Made by a program: the position numbers and the translations under genes. This document shows positions 1 to 8,100 of a stretch of DNA of 37,785 nucleotides, piece after piece. The stretch is from Acidimicrobiia bacterium. GTDB lineage: Bacteria > Actinomycetota > Acidimicrobiia > Spongiisociales > JAOTWH01. The DNA is taken from positions 1 through 37,785 of the forward strand of contig JBFJZV010000001.1 of NCBI GenBank assembly GCA_041621915.1, in the 5' to 3' direction. The first letter of the stretch is position 1, and every line of letters starts with the position of its first letter. The notes beneath the pieces were generated by a model. The model worked only from the letters and a program-made list of their open reading frames with translations. It made no database searches and had not been told where the DNA came from.

Positions 1-255
1 CTTCGCGCCGATCTCGTCGTGGCCGGCACCCCGGCGGCGCCACCGCAGCACACACCGCTCCAGCGGCCGCAGCGTGGCATCGTCGGTGGTGGGGCCGGAC
101 CGGCCGGGCAGCTCGGCGAACGCGATGATCCGGTCGATGTGTTCGGGGGAGCGGCGGAACATACGGCCGATCTCGGCTGCGTCGCGGCCCTCGGCACGGA
201 GCGCCAGCACCCGTCGCTCTATTGGTCGCAGTCGGCCTGGCGAGGTGTCGGGCAT
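1..255 (-). CDS. HTH DNA-binding protein with two tandem LuxR / sigma-70 region-4-like repeats (N-terminal part only; gene runs off the window start)
   Basis: Absent from the ORF track because it has no stop inside the window. Reverse-complement reading from ATG (255-253) gives MPDTSPGRLRPIERRVLALRAEGRDAAEIGRMFRRSPEHIDRIIAFAELPGRSGPTTDDATLRPLERCVLRWRRRGAGHDEIGAK, open to base 1 with GC-rich third positions. The LRPxERxVL...EIG unit occurs twice. Confidence 0.55.
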   Translation of the reverse strand, partial: MPDTSPGRLRPIERRVLALRAEGRDAAEIGRMFRRSPEHIDRIIAFAELPGRSGPTTDDATLRPLERCVLRWRRRGAGHDEIGAK

Positions 256-314
256 GCACCCAATCTAGCCGCGCCGCGTTTCGCCCCGGCGGGGGGCAAT
301 ACAATCGCACACGC

Positions 315-1931
315 ATGACCGACACCCACTACGAGCGCCTCTCGTTCCAGGACACCACGTACCTCGCGATGGAGCGCGGCAACAGCTACATGCACATCGC
401 CGCCGTGCAGGTCTTCGAGGCCGGCTCGCTGGCGAGACCCGATGGCGGCATCGACATCGACCGGGTGCGCGCGTACATCGCAGCGAAGCTGCACCACGTC
501 CCCCGGTACCGGCAGCGGCTGGCGTGGATCCCGCTCGATGGCTTCCCGGTGTGGGTCGACGACGAACGGTTCAGCATCGAGTACCACGTCCGCCACACCA
601 GCCTCCCCCGCCCGGGGGGCGACGCCGAGCTGAAAAGGCTGGCCGCCCGCGTGTTCGCCCAGCAGCTCGACCGCTCGAAGCCGCTCTGGGAGCTGTGGGT
701 GGTGGAGGGTCTCGACGGCGACCGCTTCGCAGTGGTCGTGAAGGTCCACCACTCGATGATCGACGGGATGGAGGGCGTCGACCTGCTGAAGGTGCTGCTC
801 TCGCTGTACCCCGACGAGGAGATGCCGGAGCCCGTGCCGTGGGAGCCGCGGCCGGCCCCGACCGCGACGGCGCTGGCGGTGGACGAGGCGGTCCGCATCG
901 CGACGCTGCCCCTCGAAGCGCTGAGGACGGCTCGCGACCTCGTCGGCGAGGACGGCGAGCAGGCCCGCGGGGCCTTGAGGCGCAGGGTGGTCGCCGCGCT
1001 GAAGGTGGCCCGCGCCGGCTGGTTCACCCGCAGCGCCGCCACGCCGGTCAACCAGAAGCTCGGCCCCAACCGCCGGTTCGAATGGCTCACCACCCCGCTC
1101 ACGGACGTCAAGTACGTGAAGAACCACCTGGGCGGCACCGTCAACGACGCCGTGCTGGCCGTCGTGGCGGGCGCGGTGCGCCGCTACCTGGGCGACGAGG
1201 ACGCCGACCGCCTCGCCGAGCCGTACCGGGTGATGGTGCCTGTGAGCGTCAGGCAGCCCGAGGAGCGCGGTCAGATGGGAAACCAGGTCGCGATGTGGCT
1301 GGTGGAGCTGCCGGTTTCGGAAGCCGACCCGGTCGGCCGGCTGGAGGTCGTGCGGGAAGCGACGGAGACCCTCAAGACCACCGACGCCGCCCTCGGCGCC
1401 ACCACCCTCACCCAGGCAGCCTCGTTCATGCCACTCGCGTTGCTGTCGCTGGGCGTGCGGCTGGCGTGGAGCGCGGTGCGCCCGTTCAACATGACCGTCA
1501 CCAACGTGCCCGGGCCGCAGATCCCGATCTACATGCTCGGGTCCAAGATGCTCGCCCAGTTCCCGATGGTGCCGCTGTTCATGGACCACGGCATCGGTGT
1601 TGCGCTGTTCTCCTACGACGGCGACATCGACTGGGGCCTCTCGGCCGACTACGACCTCGTGCCCGACCTCGACCGCATGGCGGAGGCGATCACGGCGTCG
1701 CTCGCCGAGCTGCACGCCGCGGCGGCGGCCGCCGAATCCGGCGGCGCGCAGATCGCCGGCCTGTTCGAGCTGACCGACACGGTGTCGGCGGCGCGGCTCG
1801 CCCGGGCGCTCGACCGGGACCCCGCTGCCGTCCGGGCCTACCTCGAGGAGGTGCACCCGAGCGCCAAGGACAACGGCCGCTGGAAGATCGACCGGAGCAC
1901 GGCCGCGGCGGTAGCCGCCCACTTCGCCTAG
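315..1931 (+). CDS. Wax ester synthase / diacylglycerol O-acyltransferase (WS/DGAT) family
   Basis: The ATG at 315 (MTDTHYERLSFQDTTYLAMERG...) is in frame inside track ORF 222..1931. The catalytic HHxxxDG motif HHSMIDG lies at 747-767. The NVPGP motif and overall length fit the WS/DGAT family. About 60-70 extra C-terminal residues follow the acyltransferase core. Confidence 0.9.
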   Translation: MTDTHYERLSFQDTTYLAMERGNSYMHIAAVQVFEAGSLARPDGGIDIDRVRAYIAAKLHHVPRYRQRLAWIPLDGFPVWVDDERFSIEYHVRHTSLPRPGGDAELKRLAARVFAQQLDRSKPLWELWVVEGLDGDRFAVVVKVHHSMIDGMEGVDLLKVLLSLYPDEEMPEPVPWEPRPAPTATALAVDEAVRIATLPLEALRTARDLVGEDGEQARGALRRRVVAALKVARAGWFTRSAATPVNQKLGPNRRFEWLTTPLTDVKYVKNHLGGTVNDAVLAVVAGAVRRYLGDEDADRLAEPYRVMVPVSVRQPEERGQMGNQVAMWLVELPVSEADPVGRLEVVREATETLKTTDAALGATTLTQAASFMPLALLSLGVRLAWSAVRPFNMTVTNVPGPQIPIYMLGSKMLAQFPMVPLFMDHGIGVALFSYDGDIDWGLSADYDLVPDLDRMAEAITASLAELHAAAAAAESGGAQIAGLFELTDTVSAARLARALDRDPAAVRAYLEEVHPSAKDNGRWKIDRSTAAAVAAHFA

Positions 1932-1937
1932 TGTTGT

Positions 1938-2083
1938 GAGTCGTGAGTCCGTGCTGATTTCGCCGAGTCATCGGCGTTCCTGGCAAGGACGCACGACGGA
2001 GGCGCATCGGTGGATGCGTCGAGGAGGAGGACGCCGCCAGGGGGGTCGAGGGCCGGCGAAATTCTGTGCATGACTTGCGACTC
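1938..2083. repeat. Long imperfect inverted repeat in the convergent intergenic gap (possible bidirectional terminator or structured RNA)
   Basis: Left arm 1938-1965 (gagtcgtgagtccgtgctgatttcgccg) pairs with right arm 2054-2083 (cggcgaaattctgtgcatgacttgcgactc). The inner stem is a perfect 9 bp (atttcgccg/cggcgaaat). The outer 12 bp pair with two G-U positions. The arms enclose about 88 nt that contain a smaller hairpin (cgcatc ggtg gatgcg, about 2003-2018). Local GC is lower than in the flanking genes. Confidence 0.35.
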
Positions 2084-2123
2084 GGGACACTAGAGCCGAG
2101 CGGCCGAGCAACCGATCAGCACC

Positions 2124-2933
2124 CTACGGCGCCGGCGCGGTCCTGAGCACCGGCGGGTCGTCCAGCTCGCTCCACAGGTACCAGGCGGCGAGCGCCAGGG
2201 CGACGGCCATCAGCACGTGCCATGCCGCATGCCCCTGCAGCAGGCTGTCGGGGTCACACCACGGCTGGCCGTCGCGCGAGAGCGCCCACAGGGGTACGGC
2301 GGCGGCCACCACCGGCAGGGCAGCGGCCAGCCGGCGCCATTCCCGGCCCAGCCTGGGACGGCTGACCTCCGACCAGGCGGCCACCCCGAGCCAGATCACC
2401 TGCAGCTCCACCGTCGCGCCCGGCGCCGCGGCGACCACCACGCCCGTCACGCCGGCGAGCACCAGGAGATCGAGCACCGGCGCCCGGACGCGGAACTTGC
2501 GGTGAAGGTTCCACATCAGCCACCAGATGGCGACCGCCGTCACCCCCCATGCGTCGAGGTTGCCCGACCACACAGTCGGCGACCGGTGGAAGGCGAAGCT
2601 GCCGGCGCCGACCGCCAGCAGCGCCCCGCCGTACAGCGCCCCCATGGTGCTGCCCATCGCCGGCCGGGGGGTGGCTCCCCGGCTTCGGCCGACCCCACCG
2701 AGCACGCCCAGCCCGACCGCCACGAACGCCAACGCCGACAGCGCGTTGGCAGGCTGGGCGAGTGCGCCGGCCCGCGGGCGCTCGCAGTCGGAGTGGGTGG
2801 CCGCCACCAGCTGCGCATCGTCGCGAAAGGCTTTGGGAGGGCGCGCGCCGCCATCGGACCAAAGGAACAGGGCCGCCCCGCCGACCACCAGCAGCACGAC
2901 CCCCGCCGCCAGCTCGCGATACCGCCACCTCAC
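2124..2933 (-). CDS. Polytopic integral membrane protein, function unknown
   Basis: Track ORF 2124..3026 (-). The sequence is strongly hydrophobic with multiple predicted TM helices (LLVVGGAALFLW, LSALAFVAVGLGVLGG, AVAIWWLMW, HVLMAVALALAAWYLW) and shows GC3 bias. The start is uncertain. I chose GTG at 2933 (VRWRYRELAAG...) to avoid overlapping the divergent polX start; alternatives extend up to 3026. Confidence 0.6.
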   Translation of the reverse strand: MRWRYRELAAGVVLLVVGGAALFLWSDGGARPPKAFRDDAQLVAATHSDCERPRAGALAQPANALSALAFVAVGLGVLGGVGRSRGATPRPAMGSTMGALYGGALLAVGAGSFAFHRSPTVWSGNLDAWGVTAVAIWWLMWNLHRKFRVRAPVLDLLVLAGVTGVVVAAAPGATVELQVIWLGVAAWSEVSRPRLGREWRRLAAALPVVAAAVPLWALSRDGQPWCDPDSLLQGHAAWHVLMAVALALAAWYLWSELDDPPVLRTAPAP

Positions 2934-2964
2934 GCCGAACGAATCTACCGGTAGATTCCCGCTC

Positions 2965-4707
2965 GTGGCCTCACCCACCAACGCCGAACTGGCCCGGATC
3001 ATGGGCGAATTGGCCCAGCTCACCAAGCTGGAAGACGGCAGCCCGCAGAGCTTCCGCGTCCGGGCCTACGAGAAGGCGGTGCAGGCCCTGCGGGACCTCA
3101 CCGAACCGGCCGTGACGATGAGCGCAGCCGAGCTGACCGCCGTGAGCGGCATCGGCAAGAGCATCGCCGCCAAGCTGCGCGAGTATGTCGACACCGGCAG
3201 CCTCGCCAAGCTCGACGAGCTACGCGAGAAGTTCCCACCTGCGTTCGTCGAGTTGACCCGCATCCCGGGCCTCGGTCCGAAGACCCTGGCGCTGCTTCGC
3301 TCCGAGCTGGGAGTGGAGAATCTCGCCGACTTGCGGTCGGCCGTTGAGCAGCAGCGGCTGCGTGACGTGCGCGGCCTCGGCGCCAAGACCGAGGAGAACG
3401 TGGCGCGCGCGATCGAACGGCTGGGCCTCCACGGCAAGGAGCGGCGCACCCCGGTGGGTGTGGCGCTGGCCGTCGCCTCCGAGATCGCCGCGGCGCTGCG
3501 GGACGTGCCGGGAGTGGAGCGGGTGCAGCACTGCGGCAGCCTGCGCCGGTTCCGGGACACGGTCGCCGACGTCGACATCGTGGTCGCCGCGACCGACGCC
3601 GCTCCGGTGATGGAGCGTTTCGTGGGCCTGTCGCTCGCCGCCGAGGTCGCGGCGCACGGGGAGACGAAGTCGGTGATCCACACCCGCGACGGGCTCCAGG
3701 TGGACCTGCGGGTGGTGACGCCCGGGGAGTTCGGCGCGGCCGTCCTCTACTTCACCGGGTCCAAGCAGCACAACATCGAGCTGCGGCAGCGGGCGCTGCA
3801 ACGGGGCTGGACGCTCAACGAGTACGCGCTGAGCGATGCGGAGACTGGCGAGGTGATCGCGGCCGTCGACGAGGAGGACGTCTACCGGGCGCTCGACCTG
3901 GCCTTCGTGCCACCGTCGCTGAGGGAGGGCCGCGGCGAGATCGACCTGGCGGCCCGGGACGAGCTGCCGCGCCTGATCACCGGCGAGGACCTGCGCGGCG
4001 ACCTCCACGTCCACACGACGCTGTCGGGGGACGGCCGCAGCCCGCTGGAGGCCATGGTCGCGGCCGCCGCGTCGCGTGGCCTCGAGTACATCGCCTTCAC
4101 CGAGCACGGCGAGGACCTGGCGGTCAACGGCGTATCCCGCGCCGGCATGCGGGCCCGCCGCAAGGAGCTCCGAACGCTGCAGGAGCGCTATCCCGACCTA
4201 CGGCTGCTGTACGGCTGCGAGCTGAACATCGGGCCCGACGGCACGCTCGACTACGACCTCGACTTCCGCCTCGAGTTCGACTGGTGTGTCGCCAGCGTCC
4301 ACTCGTACTTCGACCTCGAGCCGGCCCGTCAGACGGCCCGGTTGGTGGCGGCGATGCAGGACCCGGCGGTGGGTGCCATCGGGCACCTGAGCGGCCGCAA
4401 GATCGGGCGCCGCCCCGGCATCGAGTTCGATGCCGACATGGTGCTCGCCGCCGCCGAGCACACCGGCACCGCGATCGAGGTCAACGGCGCCATCGATCGC
4501 CTCGACGCCACCGAGGAGGTGCTGCGGCTGACCCGCGACACGGGCGTCCGCCTCACGATCAGCACGGACAGCCACCACGTCGACGAGTACCGGCGGGCCG
4601 AGTGGGGGGTGCGCCACGCCCAACGTGCCTGGGTCACCCCCGACCGGGTCGTCAACGCGCTGCCCGCCGCGGACTTCCTCGCGTGGGCCTCGGCCAAACG
4701 CCCCTGA
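2965..4707 (+). CDS. polX: Family X DNA polymerase with C-terminal PHP phosphoesterase domain (PolX)
   Basis: The GTG at 2965 gives (M)ASPTNAELARIMGELAQLTKLEDGSPQSFRVRAYEKAVQAL, a typical PolX N-terminus. HhH motifs are present (GIGKSIAAKL, IPGLGPKT, GLGAKT). The Pol-beta-like nucleotidyltransferase core has DVDIVV. The PHP domain has GDLHVHTTLSGDG and FTEHG. The upstream part of track ORF 2527..4707 is antisense to the membrane-protein gene. Confidence 0.9.
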   Translation: MASPTNAELARIMGELAQLTKLEDGSPQSFRVRAYEKAVQALRDLTEPAVTMSAAELTAVSGIGKSIAAKLREYVDTGSLAKLDELREKFPPAFVELTRIPGLGPKTLALLRSELGVENLADLRSAVEQQRLRDVRGLGAKTEENVARAIERLGLHGKERRTPVGVALAVASEIAAALRDVPGVERVQHCGSLRRFRDTVADVDIVVAATDAAPVMERFVGLSLAAEVAAHGETKSVIHTRDGLQVDLRVVTPGEFGAAVLYFTGSKQHNIELRQRALQRGWTLNEYALSDAETGEVIAAVDEEDVYRALDLAFVPPSLREGRGEIDLAARDELPRLITGEDLRGDLHVHTTLSGDGRSPLEAMVAAAASRGLEYIAFTEHGEDLAVNGVSRAGMRARRKELRTLQERYPDLRLLYGCELNIGPDGTLDYDLDFRLEFDWCVASVHSYFDLEPARQTARLVAAMQDPAVGAIGHLSGRKIGRRPGIEFDADMVLAAAEHTGTAIEVNGAIDRLDATEEVLRLTRDTGVRLTISTDSHHVDEYRRAEWGVRHAQRAWVTPDRVVNALPAADFLAWASAKRP

Positions 4708-4757
4708 ACCGTTCCAAAGACCTCATGGACCCTGCCCGGGCGGCCGATAGGCGTTGA

Positions 4758-4778
4758 GTGCCGGTCGGAGGCCGGCAC
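4758..4778 (+). terminator. Stem-loop downstream of polX (candidate intrinsic terminator, no U-tract)
   Basis: gtgccgg (4758-4764) pairs with ccggcac (4772-4778) across a 7-nt loop, 51 nt after the polX stop. Confidence 0.3.
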
Positions 4779-4805
4779 CTCCCTGCGACGGGACGAGGAC
4801 GAGGC

Positions 4806-6746
4806 ATGACGTCGGAGCCGGACGGCACGGTCGAACGGCGGGCGGGGGCGCCGGTGGCACAGCGCGGCGCGGCGCGCCTGTTCCTGGGCGGTGCGGTGCT
4901 CACCATCGGGGTGCTCTCTCTGGCCACCGTCGTGAATGCCACTGCGCGTGACGCCAGCGCCGCCACTGCGGCGGCCGTCGCCGCCGCCCGTCAGAACATC
5001 GTCGGCTACGACGTCATCGCCGCAGCTCGAGCCGTGGCCGGCGACGACCCGGTGGCCCGGCGTCGCGGGCTCGAAGCACTCGAGGAGTCCAGGCACGAGC
5101 TGTCCGCAGGGCCTCCCGCGGCGCTGAGCCAGGTGGCGGAGGGCTCGGGCCGGGCCGCCGGCGTCGCCGTCGCCTTCGATGCCCTGGCCGCCGCCGCCGG
5201 CGACATGGTGGGCGCGGCAGAGGCCGGCGCCCCCCTCGCAGCGCACCTCGCCGAGCTGGAGCGCCGCGCCGAGCTGTACCGGCTGGGCATCGATGCGCTG
5301 CTCTATGACGTCGGCATGGCCGCCGAGGCCGAGCTGGAGGCCGAGCGGCGGGTCCGGGTGGTCCTGCTCGCCGCCGCCGCGCTGCTGGCGGTGGCGCTCG
5401 CAGCCCTCGCGCTGCGTATCCGCCGCAACATGGAGCGGGATGGCTCGACCCTCGCCGCCGTGGCCGGCCACAACGGGAGGTCGCAGCTCGCTCATCGCCT
5501 CGGCAACACGATCGTGCGGGCGCAACGGTCGGGGGAGATGGCCGCGCTGCTGTTCGCCGACATCGACCTCTTCAAGGCCATCAACGACCGCCACGGGCCC
5601 GAGGTCGGCGACGCCCTCCTCCGGCAGGTGGAGACCCGCATGCGCGCCACCGTCCGTGACAGCGACACGGTGGCACACATGGGCGGCGACGAGTTCGCGG
5701 TCGTGATCGAAGGGGTGCATCGTCCGGAGGACGCCGGGAGGGTCGCCGAGAAGCTCCTCGACGACCTGGCCCGGGCGTTCGAGGTGGGCGGCCACCGGCT
5801 GCGGATCACCGCCAGCGTGGGGATCGTCCTCTACCCGCTCGACGGCCTCGACGTCGACGAGCTGCTTCGCACCGCCGACATCGCGATGTACGCCGCCAAG
5901 GAATCGGGCCGCAACGGCTACCAGTTCTCCACGCACGAACTGCGGGCGCGCACGTCGGAGCGGCTGTCGCTGATCGAGGGCTTGCGCCGGGCGCTGGAGC
6001 GTCCCGAGGAACTCGAGCTGGTGTACCAGCCGAAGATCAACATGGCCTCCGGCGAGCTGGTCGGCGTCGAGGCCCTGCTCCGCTGGCACCACCCCGAGCT
6101 GGGCACGGTGCTGCCCGACCGGTTCATCTCGGTGGCCGAGGAGTCCGATCTCATCGTCCCGCTCGGGCGCTGGGTCATCGAAGAGGCATGCACCCAGGCC
6201 GAGCAATGGCGGCGGGCCGGTCAGGACCGGTTGAAGGTGTCGGTGAACGTGTCGTCGCGCCAGTTCCGCCACGGCGACCTCGTGGAGACGATCACCGCCG
6301 CGCTCGCCGGTGCTGGCCTCGACCCGCACTGGCTGGAAGTGGAGTTGACCGAGGGCACGTTGGCCGAGGACACCGCCACGGTGCGCCGCACCCTGGAGCG
6401 CCTCAAGGCGATGGGGGTGCAGGTGGCCATCGACGACTTCGGCACCGGGTACTCGTCGCTGAGCTACCTGAAGCGGTTCCCGATCGACTCGCTGAAGATC
6501 GACCGCTCGTTCATCCGTGACGTCACCGAGGACCCCGACGACGCCGCCATCTCCCAGGCCATCGTCAGCCTCGCCCGCAGCCTCAGGTTGCAGGTGGTGG
6601 CCGAAGGCGTCGAGACGCCGGAGCAACTCGAGTTCGTCCGCGGCCTGGGCTGCGACACCGTGCAGGGCTTCCTCATCAGCGAGCCGCTGCCAGTCGACGG
6701 CGTGGATGCCTTCGTGGTGCGCCTCGACCAGCGCGCCGTGGTGTGA
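4806..6746 (+). CDS. Membrane-anchored GGDEF/EAL protein (diguanylate cyclase / c-di-GMP phosphodiesterase)
   Basis: The ATG at 4806 is preceded by ggacgaggacgagg. There is an N-terminal TM helix (LFLGGAVLTIGVLSLATVV) and a second TM helix (VVLLAAAALLAVALAALAL). GGDEF lies at 5682-5696 and the EAL motif (VEALLRW) at 6069-6077. The downstream DDFGTGYSSL and QGF motifs are typical of an active EAL domain. Confidence 0.9.
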   Translation: MTSEPDGTVERRAGAPVAQRGAARLFLGGAVLTIGVLSLATVVNATARDASAATAAAVAAARQNIVGYDVIAAARAVAGDDPVARRRGLEALEESRHELSAGPPAALSQVAEGSGRAAGVAVAFDALAAAAGDMVGAAEAGAPLAAHLAELERRAELYRLGIDALLYDVGMAAEAELEAERRVRVVLLAAAALLAVALAALALRIRRNMERDGSTLAAVAGHNGRSQLAHRLGNTIVRAQRSGEMAALLFADIDLFKAINDRHGPEVGDALLRQVETRMRATVRDSDTVAHMGGDEFAVVIEGVHRPEDAGRVAEKLLDDLARAFEVGGHRLRITASVGIVLYPLDGLDVDELLRTADIAMYAAKESGRNGYQFSTHELRARTSERLSLIEGLRRALERPEELELVYQPKINMASGELVGVEALLRWHHPELGTVLPDRFISVAEESDLIVPLGRWVIEEACTQAEQWRRAGQDRLKVSVNVSSRQFRHGDLVETITAALAGAGLDPHWLEVELTEGTLAEDTATVRRTLERLKAMGVQVAIDDFGTGYSSLSYLKRFPIDSLKIDRSFIRDVTEDPDDAAISQAIVSLARSLRLQVVAEGVETPEQLEFVRGLGCDTVQGFLISEPLPVDGVDAFVVRLDQRAVV

Positions 6747-6749
6747 CCG

Positions 6750-8009
6750 CTAACAGGCGCAGGTGAGGTCGATCTCCTCCAGGTAGCCCGCCGGCGGTCC
6801 GAAGCGGGCAACTGCGGCGCCGATCTGCAGGGTCGTGACCTCCTCGCCCGACTCGCGCTCCAGGACGCTCACCGACGAGCCGACCGCCACGCGCAGGTGG
6901 CGCCCGTCGCTGGTGACGTCCAGTGCACGCACCTTGGAATGGGCGCCGAAGTGGCGGAAGGAGCGGTCGGGAGCGATCGCGGCGACCATGCTGTCCTGGC
7001 CGACGTACACGGTGCCGTCGTCGGCCACGGCGACCGGAGTCTCGCTCACCCGCTCGCCGGGCCACAGCCCGGCCACTTCCTCCGAGCCGGCGACGTGGTC
7101 TTCGGTGTCGAACACCGCCAGCGTGCCCGTCGTCCGGTCGACGGCAGCCAGCGTCGTACCGTCCGGCGACAGCCCGAGCCCGTAGGCGTCGCCGCCGTCC
7201 CGCCCGAACGGCAGCGAGAGGAACACGCAGTGCGACCAGTCCTCGGTGAGGCTCAGCACGTGGATGAACGCACGGGTCGCGCCCCCGGCATGGTGGTCGT
7301 GCAGCGACGGCGACACGGTGTCGAGGGCGTAGAGCGTGTAGAGGAAATCCCCGTCGGGCGATATCGCCTGGCCGCGGGCCCGTCCCCGCATCTCGGGCTC
7401 CAGGCCCACTTCGGGGCTGAACACGTCGGCGACCTCGCCGGTGTCGAGGTGGAGCTGTCGTACGAAGTAGCGGTCCGGCGTACGGGGTGGCCAATACTCG
7501 ATGAGGAACAGCCGCTTCTCGTCGCGCGAGAAGGCCTCCGGCTGGAAGTTACCGGTTAGCCGGTAGGTGCGCCGCTCGGCGGTCTCGGCCTTGACCACCA
7601 CGAGAGTGGTGGAGTCGAGTTTGCCGGGTTCGTACCCGCTCCCGCCGGTGGCGTTCTGGCGCAGCGCCACAGCCCCGCCGCGGGGCGACACGGCGCGCAG
7701 CTCCAGCCATCCCTTGATCCGGGTGGTCTCTCGCACCTCGGCGGTGGCGGCGTCGATCACCTCGACGATCGTCTCCTGGTCGGCGATCCGGGCGCGGTAG
7801 AGGCGGGTCCCGTCGGCGGAGGCGACGGCCCCGGAGGCGACGTGGGTGGTCTCGCCCTTCTCGAAGTCCACGTGGACCACGTCCCCTTCGGTGGTGACCA
7901 GCAGGGACCGAGCGTCCCCGGCCGCCGCCTCGGGGCGGGCGACGTTCACCAGGGCGAGCGCGGCGGCCACCGCCAGGACCGTCACCATCAGCGCGGCGCG
8001 TTTGCTCAT
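6750..8009 (-). CDS. Secreted beta-propeller-like repeat protein, function unknown
   Basis: The ATG at 8009 has a GAGGAGG RBS 7 nt upstream on the minus strand. The signal-peptide-like N-terminus is MSKRAALMVTVLAVAAALALVNVARPEAAAG. The body has repeated S(P/A)DG...L/Y beta-strand patterns (ISPDGDFLYTLY, LSPDGTTLAAVD, VTSDGRHLRVAV). It ends in ...IDLTCAC. The extra 101 codons of track ORF 6750..8312 are Ala/Arg-rich with no support. Confidence 0.75.
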   Translation of the reverse strand: MSKRAALMVTVLAVAAALALVNVARPEAAAGDARSLLVTTEGDVVHVDFEKGETTHVASGAVASADGTRLYRARIADQETIVEVIDAATAEVRETTRIKGWLELRAVSPRGGAVALRQNATGGSGYEPGKLDSTTLVVVKAETAERRTYRLTGNFQPEAFSRDEKRLFLIEYWPPRTPDRYFVRQLHLDTGEVADVFSPEVGLEPEMRGRARGQAISPDGDFLYTLYALDTVSPSLHDHHAGGATRAFIHVLSLTEDWSHCVFLSLPFGRDGGDAYGLGLSPDGTTLAAVDRTTGTLAVFDTEDHVAGSEEVAGLWPGERVSETPVAVADDGTVYVGQDSMVAAIAPDRSFRHFGAHSKVRALDVTSDGRHLRVAVGSSVSVLERESGEEVTTLQIGAAVARFGPPAGYLEEIDLTCAC

Positions 8010-8100
8010 ACCGGCCTCCTCGTCGTCTGCAGGGGTACGACGACGGGGGTCGCCCGATCGTTCAAGGAACGAATCCGCAGGCACGCGGCGTTGCCGTGGT

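Noticed and set aside
1075-1083. tRNA T-arm-like ggttcgaat string
   Set aside because: It lies inside the WS/DGAT reading frame. No acceptor, anticodon or D-arm complementarity surrounds it, so it is not a tRNA.
219-1922. 567-aa minus-strand ORF covering the whole WS/DGAT gene
   Set aside because: It is antisense to a gene with clear family motifs. Its translation is Arg/Gly/His/Pro-rich and low-complexity with no motifs, which is a typical high-GC shadow ORF.
2004-2063. Tiny ORF (MRRGGGRRQGGRGPAKFCA) inside the 1932-2123 intergenic repeat
   Set aside because: It is only 19 codons, low-complexity, and has no independent support.
4329-6626. 765-aa minus-strand ORF antisense to the polX 3' end and the GGDEF/EAL gene
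   Set aside because: It is a shadow ORF. The plus strand carries GGDEF, EAL and PHP motifs in frame. The minus-strand product is low-complexity Arg/Gly/Asp-rich.
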